This document shows, one piece after another, positions 24,041 through 37,475 of a stretch of 64,000 nt of DNA. The position numbers and the translations under genes are program-made. The DNA lies in the NCBI RefSeq assembly GCF_963921235.1, contig NC_086100.1, forward strand, positions 199,146,001 to 199,210,000. Reading direction: 5' to 3'. The notes beneath the pieces were generated by a model. The model was not told where the DNA came from, made no database searches, and saw only the letters and a list, made by a program, of their open reading frames with translations. Every line of letters begins with the position of its first letter. Positions within the stretch are counted from its first letter, which is position 1. Origin of the DNA: Mobula hypostoma (Eukaryota).

Positions 24041-25611
24041 AAAAATCTTATACCCTCCCTCCTATACTAACTCCTTAGCTACATGTTTAACTGTATAATC
24101 TTCCTAGTTTTGGCCTCACTAGCACGTGGCATGGGTGGCAATCCTGAGATCACAACCCTGGAGGTCCTGCCCTTTAACTTAGCACATAACTCCTTGTGCA
24201 GACCTTGTCACTTGTCCTACCCATGTCATTGGTACCTACGTAGACCACAACTTCTGGTTGTTCACCCTCTCACTTAAGAATGTTGAGAACTTGATCCTGG
24301 AGCTGGGCACCAGGGAGGCAACATACCATCTGGGAATCTTGTTCTCACCCAAAATCCATAAGATACACCCAAAAGTATTAAAGAAGCAAAATCTTTGTTG
24401 TCCGACGTTACCACTGTCCTCGATACAAAGGTGGACCTGTCTCCAGTGGAGTGGCTAAATCGATTGTGGCCAGCAGCAGATATTTGAACAGTTCATGTTT
24501 CTCATAAAATTAAGCAGAGGGATCCTAGTAGTCTTATACAGCACGGAGTCAGGGCCGTCAGTCCAACAAGTCCATGCCGTGCCCATAGCCCTGTAAACCT
24601 CTCCTATCCATGTTCTAATTTAGATGGGTTTTAAATGTTGTTAATATGCCCACCTCAAACATAGAACATTGTAGCACAGTGTGGGCCCTCTGGCCCACAA
24701 AGTTCTGCCAACTTTTTAACCATGATGAATATAACCCTTCCCCCTTACACATCCCCCCAATTGCTTAAAAGTATGTAATGGAATGACAAAACAGACTCGA
24801 TAGGCTGGTGGCCTAATTCTTTTGCTATGTCTTGTGGTTATCTGTCTCTATCATGACCCCAGCAGGGAGTTCCATGCACCAGCCAGTCTGTGTTTAAAAA
24901 AAACACCCCTGATATGCTCCTATACTTTTCTCCAAACACTTTAAAATCATGCTGTCTCATATTAGGCATTTCCGCCCTGAGAAAAAATCTCTGGCTGTCC
25001 ACTCGATCTATGCCTCTTATCATTGTGTATGAAGTCACTTCTCATCCTCCTTCACTTCAGAGAAAAGCCCTAGCTTGCTCAGCCTATCTGCTTAAGACAT
25101 GCTCTATAATACATGCAGAATCCCGATCCATAATCTAAAATCTCCTGAGTTCTGGCAGCTTATTCCAAATGGGCACCACCCTTTTCTTCTTCTGTTGTGG
25201 CCCCATATTATGATGTAGTGTCTGCTCTTCAAGCAGGAAACCATTGTCCAGTGGCACAGAAATGTGTCACACTGACCAAGAGTGGTAGTTACCAGTGCAA
25301 CCAGTATGTCAGAATGTTGACTGGGATCAGGATAACTTTATCAACCACTGTCAGCCCAGCTTGTTTTATGAAGTCTGAGATAAACCTGAGAATGTTCAAA
25401 ATGCTCAGCAGGTCGGTCAGCAGCAACAGGAAGAGAGGCAGGAATTGCCTGCCATCCACACTGGACTAGGATGGGTAGTTGCGTTGGCTCTGGTGTCACT
25501 CCCAGTTCTGGCACCGAATTCAGAGATGATGGGTTGGGTTACGCTTGCTGTGCCAGTACAAACCTACACCACTTCCACCCAGTCCTAGTCATTTCAATTC
25601 CTGTTTTACAG

Positions 25612-25672
25612 ATTACTCCATTTTATTCAAGAAGAAAATTTCCAAGCAAGAAATGTTGGATCGTTCTAAGCG
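25612..25672 (+). CDS. ALMS1: ALMS1 exon (61 nt, phase 1-2)
   Basis: ttttacag / gtgagt; DYSILFKKKISKQEMLDRSKR resembles ALMS-motif PISKKEMIQRSKR; phases fit both neighbours. Confidence 0.9.
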
Positions 25673-27614
25673 GTGAGTCTACAGTTCTATAGAGTTCCTG
25701 GCTACTCGGAATCCTCTCATTGTTCTCGGATCTCGCAGTGATCTAGTATACGTGCAGTTTCCAACAGTGGGGCACAGCCTCAGAATAGAAACATAGAAAA
25801 CCGACAGCACAATACAGGCCCTTCGGCCCACAATGCTGTGCCAAACACGTTCTTACTTTAGAAATTACCTAGGGTTACCCATAGCCCTCTATTTTTCTAA
25901 GCTCCATGTACCTATCCAGGAGTCTCTTAAAAGACTCTATCGTATCTGCCTCCACCACTGCTGCCGGCAGCCCATTCCACGCACTCACCACTCTCTGCAT
26001 TTAATAAAAAAAAACTTACCCCTGACATCTCCTCTGAATCTACTTCCAAGCATCTTAAAACTGTGCCCTCTCGTGTTAGCCATTTCAGCCATGGGAAAAA
26101 GCCTCTGACTGTCCACACAATCAATGCCCCTCATCATCTTAAACACCTCTATCAGGCCAATGCACTGTATGCCTTCTTAACCACACAGTCAACCTGTGCT
26201 GCAGCTTTGAGCGTCCTATGGACATTGGTCCTCCACACTGCCAAGTCTTACCATTAATACTATATTCTACCATCATATTTGACCTGATTATTGCTGATCA
26301 ATCTGTACCTCTCCTGTTAATCCTGCCTCTCAGAGCAGAGTCTAATAATTGAATCTACAAAGGAGTGTATTCCTTCCTCCCCTTTTAAAATAATGTACAA
26401 TACCAGCAGTGCTCCAGTCCTCTGGCACTACTCCCACAAGCAGAGCAGATTGAGCCTCTACAAGGTCCTCCCTTGCTTCTAGAAAGACGTCCTTTGAAAA
26501 CAGAGATGAGAACAGGGTGCAAGATAATGATATAGGTGAAAATGTCACTGCCTCACCTGAGAAAGACCCTTTAGCGTGCAAGAAACAGAGCACTAACAGT
26601 AGGAATGGGCACAGTGGCGGCTCAACCTGGCAACGCGAGGCGGGACAGAGAGGGTGAGAGTGAGAGCACAGCCGATAAATCCCCCTCTCAGTCTGAGGTA
26701 AGTCTCATCCGCTCCTCTGCAGATGTTCCCTATAGTGGGAGAAGTCTAGGACCAGAGGGCACAGCCTCAGAATACAAGGACATCCCTTTTGAACAGAGAT
26801 GAAGAGGAATTTCTTTAGCAGAGGGCGCTGAATCTGTGTAATTCATTCCCACAAATGATTGTGGAGGCCAAGTCATTAGATATATTTAAAGTGGAGGTTC
26901 TTGATTAGTCAAGCCATCAAAGATTAACAGGGTGAAGGCAGGAGAATGGGATTGAGGGGGACAGTACTGTGCTGTACTGTTCTATGTTCTATAAGCCATG
27001 ATATAATGCTGGGCAGACTCAACAGGCTGAATGGCCTCTAATGCTGCTCCTGCACCTTATGGTCTAATCCTAGATCCATGTGGACACCAGTGACAGAACT
27101 TGGGGCACAGCAACAGACCCACCCTGTGTCAGTGTTGAGGTTATATCCGCTCAAGGCATTTCATCTGCCCAGCCCAGCCCCAAATGCACTGACGGGGTTA
27201 AGTATTATCAGTGGAAGAGTTATTTCCATCACCTTTGGTGAATGGGCAGGCTTGCTAGAAGATGATCCACAATGAGAGATTCTGGGGCATTGCCGTGGGT
27301 GTGGACAGTGACAGTCCCCCAGAACTCGAGGTAGGACACCCTACTTTTTCAATACTACCTGCCTCTCCACTTATCTTTGTAACATCTGCAAACCTGGCCA
27401 CAAAACCCCATTAATTCCATGTGGAATAAACAGACGCTGGAGATACTCAACAGGTCAGACAGCATTTCTCCACAAATCGTAAACACAACTCAGGCAGCAT
27501 CTATGGAGAGGAATAAAGAATTTGGGGCCAAGACCGTTCATTAGGACTGGAAAGGAAGGGGGCAGATGTCAGAATACGAAGGTGGGGAAGTGGGGGGGGG
27601 GGGGGTTGAAGTAA

Positions 27615-30600
27615 GACCATAGAACATAGGAGCAGAATTAGGCCATTAGGCCATTGAGTCTGCTTCGCCATTCTATCATAACTGATCCTTTTCTTTTTCT
27701 CCTCTTCAACCCATTTTGTGGCCTTCTCCCTGTAACCTTTGATGCCATGTCCAATCAAGAACCTATCAATCTCTGCTTTAAATACACCCAACGACCTGGC
27801 CTCCACAGCTGCATGTGGCAACAAATTCCTCAAATTCATCACCCTCTGGCTAAAGAAATTTCTCCGCATCTCTGTTGTGAGAGGGCACCCCTCTATCCTG
27901 AGGCTGTGCTCTCTTGTCCTAGACTCTCCCACCATGGGAAACATACTTTCCACACCTACTCTGTCTAGACCTTTCTACATTCGAAAGGTTTCATTGAGGT
28001 CACCCCTCATCCTTCTGAATTCCAGCAAGTTACAGGCCCAGAGCCATCAAAAACCCTTTGATTCCTGTAATCATCCTTCTGAACCTCCTCTGGACCCTCT
28101 CCAATGCCAGCATATCTCTTCTAAGATGAGGAGCCCAAAACTGTACACAATACTGAAGGCGAGCCCTCACCAGTGCCTTATAAAGCCTCAGCATCACATC
28201 CCTGCTCTTGTATTCTAGACCTCTTGAAATGAATACTAACAATGATTGCACTTTCCTTCCTCACCACCGACTCAACCAACAAGTTAACCTTTAGGGTGTT
28301 CTGCACAAAGACTATCAAGTCCCTTTGCATCTCAGATTTTTGGATTTTCTCTTTGTTTAAAAAATAGTCCACACATTTTTATTTCTGTGTATTTTTCAAC
28401 ATTATATTTCATTTGCCACTTTCTTGCCCATTCTCCTAATCTAAGTCCTTCTGTTTCCACAACACTACCTGCCCCTCCACCAATCTTCATATCATCTGCA
28501 AACTTGGCAACAAAGCCATCTATTTCATCATCTAAATCATTTATATACAGCATAAAAAGAACTGGTCCCAACAACGACCCCTGCGGAACACTAGTCACTG
28601 GCAGCCAACCAGACAAGGATCCTTTGATTTCCACTCACTGTCTTCTTCCAATGCTCTAACCATGTTAGTAACTTTCCTGTAATACCATGGGCTCTAAACT
28701 TGGCCTTTTGAAAAGTCCAAATATACAACATACATTGCACCCCCTTTATCCATCCTACTTGTAATCTCCTCAAAGAATTCCAACAGGTTCTTCAGGCAAG
28801 ATTTTCCCTGAGGAAACGTTGCTGACTTTGTCCTATCTTGTCCTGTGTCACCAAGTACTCCCTCAACTCATCCTTAACAATTGACTCTAACATCTTCCCA
28901 GCCAGTGAGGTCAGGCTAACTGGTCTATAATTTCCTTTCTGCTGCCTTCCTCCTTTCTTAAGAGTGGAGTGACATTTGCAATTTTTCAGTCCTCTGGCAC
29001 CATGCCAGAGTCCAATGACTTATGAAAGCTCATTTCTAATGCCACCACAATTTCTAACGCTACCTCTTTCAGAACCCTAGGGTGCAGTTCATCTGGTCCG
29101 GGTGACTTACGTACTTCTAGATTTTTTAGCTTTTTGAGCACCTTCTCCCTTGTAATAATAACTGCACTCACTTCTCTTCCTTCACACATTACATCAAGCA
29201 CACTGCTAATGTCTTCCACAATAAAGACTGATGCAAAATACTCATTCAGTTCATCTGCCGTCTCCTTGTCCCCCGTTATTTCTCCTGCCTCCTATTCCAG
29301 CGGTCCAGTATCCACTCTCATCTCTCTTTTATTTTATACATACTTGAAAAAGCTTTTACTATCCACCTTGATAGTATTTGCTAGCTTGCTTTCATATTTC
29401 ATCTTTTCCCTTCTAATTTTCATTGCTCTCTGTAGGTTTTTAAAAACTTCTCAATCCTGTATCTTCCCACTAATTTTTGCTCTTTTGCAGTTACATTAGC
29501 TTTAACTTCCCTTGTCAGCCATGGTTGTACTATTCTGTCATTTGAGTATTTCTTCACTTTTGGAATACAGCTATCCTGCACCTTCCTCATCTTCCCCCAG
29601 AAACTCATGCCATTTCTGCTCTACTGTACGTCCCTGCCATCATCTCCTTCCAATTTACTTTGGCTAACTCCTTTTCCTTACCACTGTAATTTCCTTTACT
29701 CCAGTGAAGTAATGCTTTTACTTTCTCGCTATCAAATTTCAAGTTGAACTCAATCATATTGTGATCACGGATTCTAAAGGGTTCTTTTACCTTAAGCTCC
29801 CTAATCACCTCCGGTTTATTACGTAACACCCAATCCAATATAGCTGATCCCCTAGTAAGCTCAATGACAAACTGTTCTAAAAAGCTATCTCTTCAATAAA
29901 AAATAAATTACAAAAAAAAGCCATCTCTTAGGCATTGAACAAACTCTCTTTTGAGATCCATTACATGCCTGATTTTCCCAATCGACCTGCATGTTGAAAT
30001 CTCCCATGACTATCATAACATTGCCCTTTTGACATGCCTTTTCTATTTCCTGTTGTAACCTGTGGTCCATCTCCCAGCCACTGTTGTAGGTCTGTATATA
30101 ACTGCCATTAGGGTCCTTCTACCCTTGCAGTTTCTTAGCTCAACCCACAAGGATTCAACATCTTCCAGTTCTCTGTCACATCTTTCTACTGATTTGATGC
30201 CATTCTTTACTGGTAGAGCCACGCCACCCCCTCTGCCTACCTTCCTATCCCTCCGATTTAAAAAGTGTAACCTTGGACATTCAGCTCCCAACTACAATCA
30301 TCATTCAGCCACGATTCAGTGATGACCACATACCTGACAATGTGTAATAGTGAAACAAGATCTTATTTCTTAAACTCTGTGCATTGCGATATAACACATT
30401 GAGTACTGTATTTGCTACCCTTTTTGATTTGCAACCCTCATGTACTGATACTCACTCTAGTAGCTGCAACTGTGCCCCATCACCTACCTGCCCGTCCTGA
30501 CAGTCTGAATGCACGCTACCTTTACATAGAAAACCAACAGCACAATACAGGCCCTTCAGCCCACAAAGTTGTGCCGAACATGTCTCCACCTTAGAAATTA

Positions 30601-31950
30601 CTTGGGTTACCTACCCATAGCCCTCTATTTTTCTAAGCTCCATGTACCTATCCAAAAGTCTCTTAAAAGATCCTGTCGTATCTGCATCCACCAGCGTGGC
30701 CAGCAGCCCATTCCACACACTCACCACTCTGCATAAAAAAAAACTTACCCCTGATCTCTTCTCTGTACCTACTCCCAAGAACCTTAAAACTGTGCCCTCT
30801 CATGTTAGCCATTTCAGCCCTGGGGAAAAGCCTCTGACTATCCACATGATGGATGCCTCTCATCATCTTATACACCTCTATCAGGGTACCTCTCATCCTC
30901 CGTCGCTCCAAGGAGAAAAGGCCAAGTTCACTCAACCTATTCTCATAAAGCATGCTCCCCAATCCCGGCAACATCCTTGTAAATCTCCTCTGCACCCTTT
31001 CTATGGTTTCCACATCCTTCCTGTAGTGAGACAACCAGAACTGAGTACAGATTTACCATCTGTCCTATCCTGAGTGTCATCACTCCAGTTCCCACCCCCC
31101 CTGCCAGATGAGTTTAAACCTACCCAACAGCTCCAACAAACCTTCCTACAAGAATATGGGTCCCCCTCAGGTTCAGGTACAACCCGTTACTTTTGAACAG
31201 GTCATACTGCCCCTAGAAGAGATCCCAATGATCCAAGAATCTGAAGCCCTGCCCCCTGCACCAGCTTCTCAGCCAAGCATTAATCTGCAAAATCATCCTG
31301 TTTCTACCCTCACTGGTGCGTGGCACAGGCAGCAATCCAGAAATTACTATCTTGCAGATCCTGCTTCTCAGCTTTCTACCTAGCTCTCTAAATTCTCTTT
31401 TGAGAACCTCTGCTTTTCCTTCCTACGTCACTGGTACCAGTATGTACCAAGATATCTGGCTGCTGTCCCTCCCTCTCCAAAATGTTGTGGACACGATCCA
31501 AGACATCCCTGATCCTGGCACTCGGGAGGTAACATACCATCCAAGTGTCCTGTTCACGTCCACAGAATCTCCTGTCTGTTCCCCTGACTATTGAGTCCCC
31601 ATCACTACTGCTCCCTTTTTCTGTTTCCCTTCTCTAGCACGGACCCATGTTCATTGCCTGTAACCTGTTCGCTGTGGCATTCCCCCGGGAGCCCATCCCC
31701 TACAAGTATCCAAAGCGGTATACTTATTTTTGAGGGGAGTGGCCACAGGGGTGCTCTGCACTAACTACCTATTCACATTTCCATTTCTCCTGACAGTCAC
31801 CCAGCTACTTGCCTTCTGCAACTTCGGGGTAACTTCCCTGTAACTTTTATCAGTTATCTCCTCACTCTCCCATACAAGCCTAAGATCAGCCAGCTGCTGT
31901 TCCAGATCCCGAAAACTGTCTTCAAGGAGCTGCCGCCTGACGCTTCTACT
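27615..31950 (-). mobile_element. Long degenerate CR1 (ORF1 to 3' UTR) with a nested CR1 3' fragment at ~30525-31050
   Basis: Collinear EN and RT fragments in the ORF track (RRDRKVGRGGGVA, MGDFN, SPGPDELHPRVLKE, FADD) with many disruptions. Confidence 0.85.
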
Positions 31951-32545
31951 CTCGCCATTGGCCTAATCCAGATAATGGCCGTCCCACTTGTTCATTCTGT
32001 ACTTTTATTTAGTTTACAGTGCCCTGCTCCTGCCGCTGATAGGGCCTCTGCAATGGCCAAATGCTTGCAAAGCACTCTTTTTAAACAAGAAACTGGGAAG
32101 TGATAGGTGAAAAAGGCAAAGAAGTGGAGGAGGAGGAAATCTCATAGGAGCGGAGGGGGCGGGGTGCTCCAGGGGAGGTGAGAAGTCAGGGGCCAGAGTG
32201 GGGAATTGAAGGAGGAGGGGAAATATTACCAAAAGCTGGAGAAATCTGTTAATGCCATCAATCTGGAGGTTACCTAGACAGAATATGAGATGCTGCTGCT
32301 CCAACCTTGGGTCAGACAGCATCTGAGTTACTGTGTCTACCTCTCTGTCCACTGACACTGACTGATCATGCGTTTCAGCTGCTGCAGCTCACATTCAGTG
32401 TAAGTTTCAGGGCATTGCTGACCAGTTCTGGTACTGACTGCTAGTTGTGAGAACCGTGCCCCCTCTTCCTGCCCTCAGACCAAGCACTGGACAGCCCGTG
32501 GGGTGCACAAGCTGGCCACTGAAGCCTGTCTCTGGTTTGTTGCAG

Positions 32546-32645
32546 ACTGTATGAGCAGCTTCCCGAAGTGCTCAGGAAGAGAGAAGAAGAAAAACGGAAA
32601 ACAGAGTATCGGGCTAACCGCCTGAAAGCTCAGCTCTATAAACAG
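32546..32645 (+). CDS. ALMS1: ALMS1 penultimate exon (100 nt, phase 2-0)
   Basis: ttgcag / gtgggt; LYEQLPEVLRKREEEKRKTEYRANRLKAQLYKQ is the ALMS-motif core. Confidence 0.95.
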
Positions 32646-33789
32646 GTGGGTCCCCAGAGACACAGCTCAGCCCTGCACAAGAATGGTCTGCTGCCTAACC
32701 ATTCCACCCACCTCCAGCACTGTGTGGGGTACAGGCAGCGGACCCCTGAAAATTGAGGTAAATCCCCAGGGCCTGACCCAGCTGTTGTCCTGGATCTTGT
32801 GCAATGCTAGTACAGAAATTGCAAGGGCCCTCATAGAGATATATAAACCATCCTTAAACAACGGAACATTAGCTGTCACCCAGCACTTCACCCTTGTCTA
32901 AGAAAGGCTCAAAGACTGTGCCAGGAAATTATACACAGCGAGCCTGAAGTCAATTGTGAGCAAGTTATTGGAAGGTATTCTGAGGGAAAGGATATTTGGA
33001 TAGATAAGGTTTTTATTTTGAGAAGACTGAAATATTACAGCAAGGATGTAATACTGAGGCTTTATAAGGCATTGGTCATACTTCACTTGGGGGGGGGGGT
33101 ATTGTAAACTGGATCAGCAAATTTGTGAATGCCACTGAGATTGGTGGCTTAGTGGACAGTGAGGAAGACTATCATCTGGACCAGCTGGAATTTCATGTGG
33201 CCAAGTGTAATGTTGCACTTTGGAAGAACCAACCAGGTCTTACACGGTGAAGAGGGTGCTAAGGATTGCGGTACAACAGAGGAACCTTGGAATGCAGATC
33301 CATAATTCCTTAAAAATGGTGACAGGTAGGGTCATAAAGAGAGCTACTGGCTTTCATAAATCCTGAGCATTGAGTACAGGAGCGTGGACTGGCCTGCCAC
33401 TGGTGCAGTTTCATTTGTAACATTCAAGAGAAGATTGGAGACAGAGAGACATAGATGGGAAGGCTATAGGTCAGTGGAATGAGGGAGAGAATAGATGGGA
33501 CAAATGCTCTGTTTCTTTGCATGGCCTCTCTGTGACCAGGTTGGTAGGTTAACTAGTCGCTGTAAATTACTCCCAACAAGCTGGTGACTGGTAGATTCTG
33601 GTTGGAATTGATGAGAATGGGTATTAAGCAGATTCACACATGATGACTGCCTATACTGACACTGTGGTCTGAATGCAGTGTAACCTCATTAGCATCAGTG
33701 GTTGGGCAGATGCGACAAACAGAGACCCGAAGGGTGATTTCAGCAGCAAACCCCACCGTGTGTTACCTTGCCCAACATCTGTCTGTGGT

Positions 33790-36553
33790 GAGGAAGGCAA
33801 GGATGTAATACTGAGGCTCTGAGGCACAGGTCAGACATTTGGAGTATTGTGAGCCCCTTATCTAAGAAAGGATCTTATAGCATTGGAGAGGGTCCAAAGG
33901 AAGTTCACAAGAATGATCCTGGGAATGAAAAATAGATTCAGAAAGGGCAGGTCCTGTTTGACAAACTTACTGGAGGCCATAATGAGTGCAGTGGATAGAG
34001 GGGAACAGATGGATGTTGTATACTTGGATTTCCAGAAGATGGTCGATAAGGTGCCGCACAAGAGGCTTATAAGTAAGTCATTCATGGAGTTGGAGGAAGT
34101 GTTTTGGTGGATAGTGGATTGGTTAACCGATAGAAGGCAGAGAGTTGGTATAAATGGGTGTTTCTCCGGTTGGCAGTCAGTGGGGTGCCGCAGGGGTCGG
34201 TGCTGGGCCTGCAGCTGTTTACCATTTACATTGATGATTTGGAAGAGGGGACTGAGTGTAGGGTAGCAAAATTTGCTGATGAAATGGCGAAAGATTGCAG
34301 CATGCTGTTGTGCAGAGGGACTTGGGAGTGCTTGTTCATGAATTGCAAAAAGTTGGCTTGCAGGTACAACAGGTTATTAAGAAGGCAAACGGAATGTTGG
34401 CCTTCATTGCTAGTGGGGTTGAATTTAAGAGCAGGGAGGTCATGCTGCAACTATACAGGGTACTGGTGAGGCTGCACCTGGAGTACTGTGTGCAGCCTGG
34501 TCTCCTTACTTGAAGGATATACTGGCTTTGGAGGCAGTGCAGAGGAGGTTCACCAGGTTGATTCCAGGGATGAAGTGGTTAACCTATGAGGAGAGATTGA
34601 GTTACCTGGGACTATACTCTCTGGAATTCAGAAGAATGAGAAGGAATGAGAAGCACACGGTATTGGGGGTAAGGTATTGGTGTGGGTGGAGAATTGGTTA
34701 GCAGACAGGAAGCAAAGAGTGGGAATAAACGGGACCTTTTCAGAATGGCAGGCGGTGACTAGTGGGGTACCGCAAGGCTCAGTGCTGGGACCCCAGTTGT
34801 TTACAATATATATTAATGACTTGGATGAGGGAATTAAATGCAGCATCTCCAAGTTTGCGGATGACACGAAGCTGGGTGGCAGTGTTAGCAGTGAGGAGGA
34901 TGCTAAGAGGATGCAGGGTGACTTGGATAGGTTGGGTGAGTGGACAAATTCATGGCAGATGCAATTTAATGTGGATAAATGTGAAGTTATCCACTTTGGT
35001 GGCAAAAATAGGAAAACAGATTATTATCTGAATGGTGGCCGATCAGGAAAAGGGGAGGTGCAACGAGACCTGGGTGTCATTATACACCAGTCATTGAAAG
35101 TGGGCATGCAGGTACAGCAGGCGGTGAAAAAGGCGAATGGTATGCTGGCATTTATAGCGAGAGGATTCGAGTACAGGAGCAGGGAGGTACTACTGCAGTT
35201 GTACGAGGCCTTGGTGAGACCACACCTGGAGTATTGTGTGCAGTTTTGGTCCCCTAATCTGAGGAAAGACATCTTTGCCATAGAGGGAGTACAAAGAAGG
35301 TTCACCAGATTGATTCCTGGGATGGCAGGACTTTCATATGGAGAAAGACTGGATGAACTGGGCTTGTACTCGTTGGAATTTAGAAGATTGAGGGGGGGAT
35401 CTGATTGAAACGTATAAGATCCTAAAGGGATTGGACAGGCTAGATGCAGGAAGATTGTTCCCGATGTTGGGGAAGTCCAGAACGAGGAGCCACAGTTTGA
35501 GGATAGAGGGGAAGCCTTTTAGGACCGAGATTAGGAAAAACTTCTTCACACAGAGAGTGGTGAATCTGTGGAATTCTCTGCCACAGCAAACTGTTGAGGC
35601 CAGTTCATTGGCTATATTTAAGAGGGAGTTAGATATGGCCCTTGTGGCTACGGGGGTCAGGGGGTATGGAGGGAAGGCTGGGGCAGGGTTCTGAGTTGGA
35701 GGATCAGCCATGATCATAATAAATGGCGGTGCAGGCTCAAAGGGCCGAATGGCCTACTCCTGCACCTATTTTCTATGTTTCTATGATCTTATAGAAACAT
35801 ACAAAATTTTGAAAGGGATAGATTAGAAGTAGGAAAGTTGTTTCCATTGGTAGGTGAGACTGGAACTGGGGACATTGCCTCAAGATTCAGGGGAGAAGAT
35901 TTAGGACGGAGATGAGGAGAAACTGTTCTTCCCAGAGCGTGATGAATCTGTGGAATTTTCTGCCTAGGGAAGCAGTTGAGGCTTCTTCACTAAATTATTT
36001 AAGAAACAGTTAGATAGGTTTTTACATAGTAAGGGAAATTAAGGGTTATGGGGAAAAGATAGGTAGATGGAGCTGACTTTACAGACAGATCAGCCATGAT
36101 CTTATCTTATTGAATGGCAGAGCAGGCTCAATGGGTTGGATGGCCTACTCCTGCTCCTATTTCTTATGTATGAAGAGTGTCTGATGGCTCTGGGCCTGTG
36201 CTCACTGGAGTTCAGAAGCATGGGGGGGCGGGGGTGGCTCATTGAAACCTATTGAATATTTAAAGACTGAGGGTGGACATAGAGAAGATTATTTCCTATG
36301 GTGGGGGGATCTAGGAGCAAAGGTCACAGTCTCAGCATAGAAGGGTGTCTCTCTAGCCAGGGGGTGTTGAATTTGTTACTAAGACAACTGTGGAGGCCAA
36401 GCCATTGGGTATACTTAAAATGGAGGTTGCTAGGTTCTTGGTTAGTCCAGGTGTGAAAGGTTATGGAGAAAAGGCAGGAGAATGGATCAGCTATGACGAA
36501 ATGATGGAACAAACTTGATAGATTGAATGGCCTAATTCTACTCCTATTTCTTA
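33790..36553 (+). mobile_element. Nest of older CR1 3' fragments surrounding a young CR1
   Basis: RT remnants at 33790-34640 and 3' ends at 35786-36170 and 36170-36553. Confidence 0.75.
34651..35785 (+). mobile_element. Young CR1, 5'-truncated
   Basis: ORF 34677-35408 nearly identical to sibling copies; one extra G at ~35392-35398; complete tail. Confidence 0.95.
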
Positions 36554-36583
36554 AGCTCTCTCTCTCTCTTTCTCCACCCCCAG

Positions 36584-36628
36584 AAAATCACCAATCGTGT
36601 TTTGGGCAAGAAGGTCTCGTGGCAGTGA
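36584..36628 (+). CDS. ALMS1: ALMS1 terminal coding exon
   Basis: Long pyrimidine tract + cag; KITNRVLGKKVSWQ* resembles recalled ALMS1 C-terminus RVTNQLLGRKVPWD*. Confidence 0.93.
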   Translation, partial: KITNRVLGKKVSWQ

Positions 36629-36689
36629 TTGCTCAGCAACTCGTGCATGATGTCTGGACTTTCTCCTCTGTGCCATTTTCTAAAATGTA

Positions 36690-36711
36690 AATAAATCTTT
36701 AGTTAAATAAA
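36690..36711 (+). terminator. Tandem AATAAA poly(A) signals of ALMS1
   Basis: AATAAA at 36690-36695 and 36706-36711 followed by a U-rich tract at 36721-36732. Confidence 0.7.
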
Positions 36712-36724
36712 AATACTCCCTTGT

Positions 36725-36730
36725 TTTAAT
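36725..36730 (-). terminator. Candidate ATTAAA poly(A) signal of the ZNF638-like gene (alternative at 37195-37200)
   Basis: No AATAAA seen on - between the two stop codons; this ATTAAA is followed by U-rich sequence on -. Confidence 0.45.
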
Positions 36731-37406
36731 TTCACTCTACAAGAGCAGAGCAAACACACTCATTGAACATGAGGTTACTATATGAACTAACACTAGGGAC
36801 ACAAACACTCCTCCTCTCCCCCCCCCACCGAGGTCTGTTTCTGACCCTGGACCAGAACTCAGCTGCCTGAGATTCTTTTTCCTTGGAGTAGAAAGCAGTG
36901 CCCCAGCAGGGTTTTGCTGGTGCCTTTGGGACATGTCTTCCTGCAGCACTGATTACAAAGGCTGCTGCTAACTGTACAGGTCGTATTCTCCCTGTGCCTG
37001 CCCAACATCCTCAGGGTAGTAAAACTGTCCACTTCTAACAAGAACACCCCACAGATACAGCCTTAGGATTTCTAATGTGTAAAAAATAATCCAATTATTA
37101 TGGATAGAAACATTCTCTCAAGCATCCTGGGTCAGGTCTGTATGCAGCAAGATGTCAGCACAAGTTTAAAGATACAGCATCTGTAGAACATAATTTTAAT
37201 TGAGTAACAGAATCGCCAGTTGTTACAATTTCCATAAAAACACAAGACACAATATAACGCAAAAAAAACCCCAGAATCCATCATCATTACAGTGGAAAGA
37301 TCATTTGTACACTGTTGTAATGGTCTCGGTAAACTGAGAGCAGGGGGGTTGGGGGGTGGAGAGAAACACTTGGACCCAAAATATACTCTGTAGGGAGTGA
37401 CTGAAG

Positions 37407-37475
37407 TCACTTTTCCTGTTTCGGCGCACGTTCCTGCTGTCTCTGAATCTCCTCTTTCCGCTGGTTCACGTATTT
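37407..37475 (-). CDS. ZNF638: ZNF638-like (matrin-3 family) terminal coding exon
   Basis: ttattttgcag acceptor; KYVNQRKEEIQRQQERAPKQEK*; phase 0 follows the zinc-finger exon. Confidence 0.8.
   Translation of the reverse strand, partial: KYVNQRKEEIQRQQERAPKQEK

Larger units (their letters stand above)
13298..24350 (-). mobile_element. Old CR1 scaffold split into four pieces (~13298-14399, 16274-16452, 20415-21581, 24041-24350) by nested insertions
   Basis: Collinear minus-strand 3' UTR, RT, EN and ORF1 remnants rejoin across TA, TTCTTAAT and AAAAATC duplications. Confidence 0.8.

Noticed and set aside
26605..26703. ATG-initiated ORF ending at a strong GTAAGT donor
   Set aside because: Phase 0 is incompatible with the next ALMS1 exon (phase 2), and the ALMS motif is complete without it
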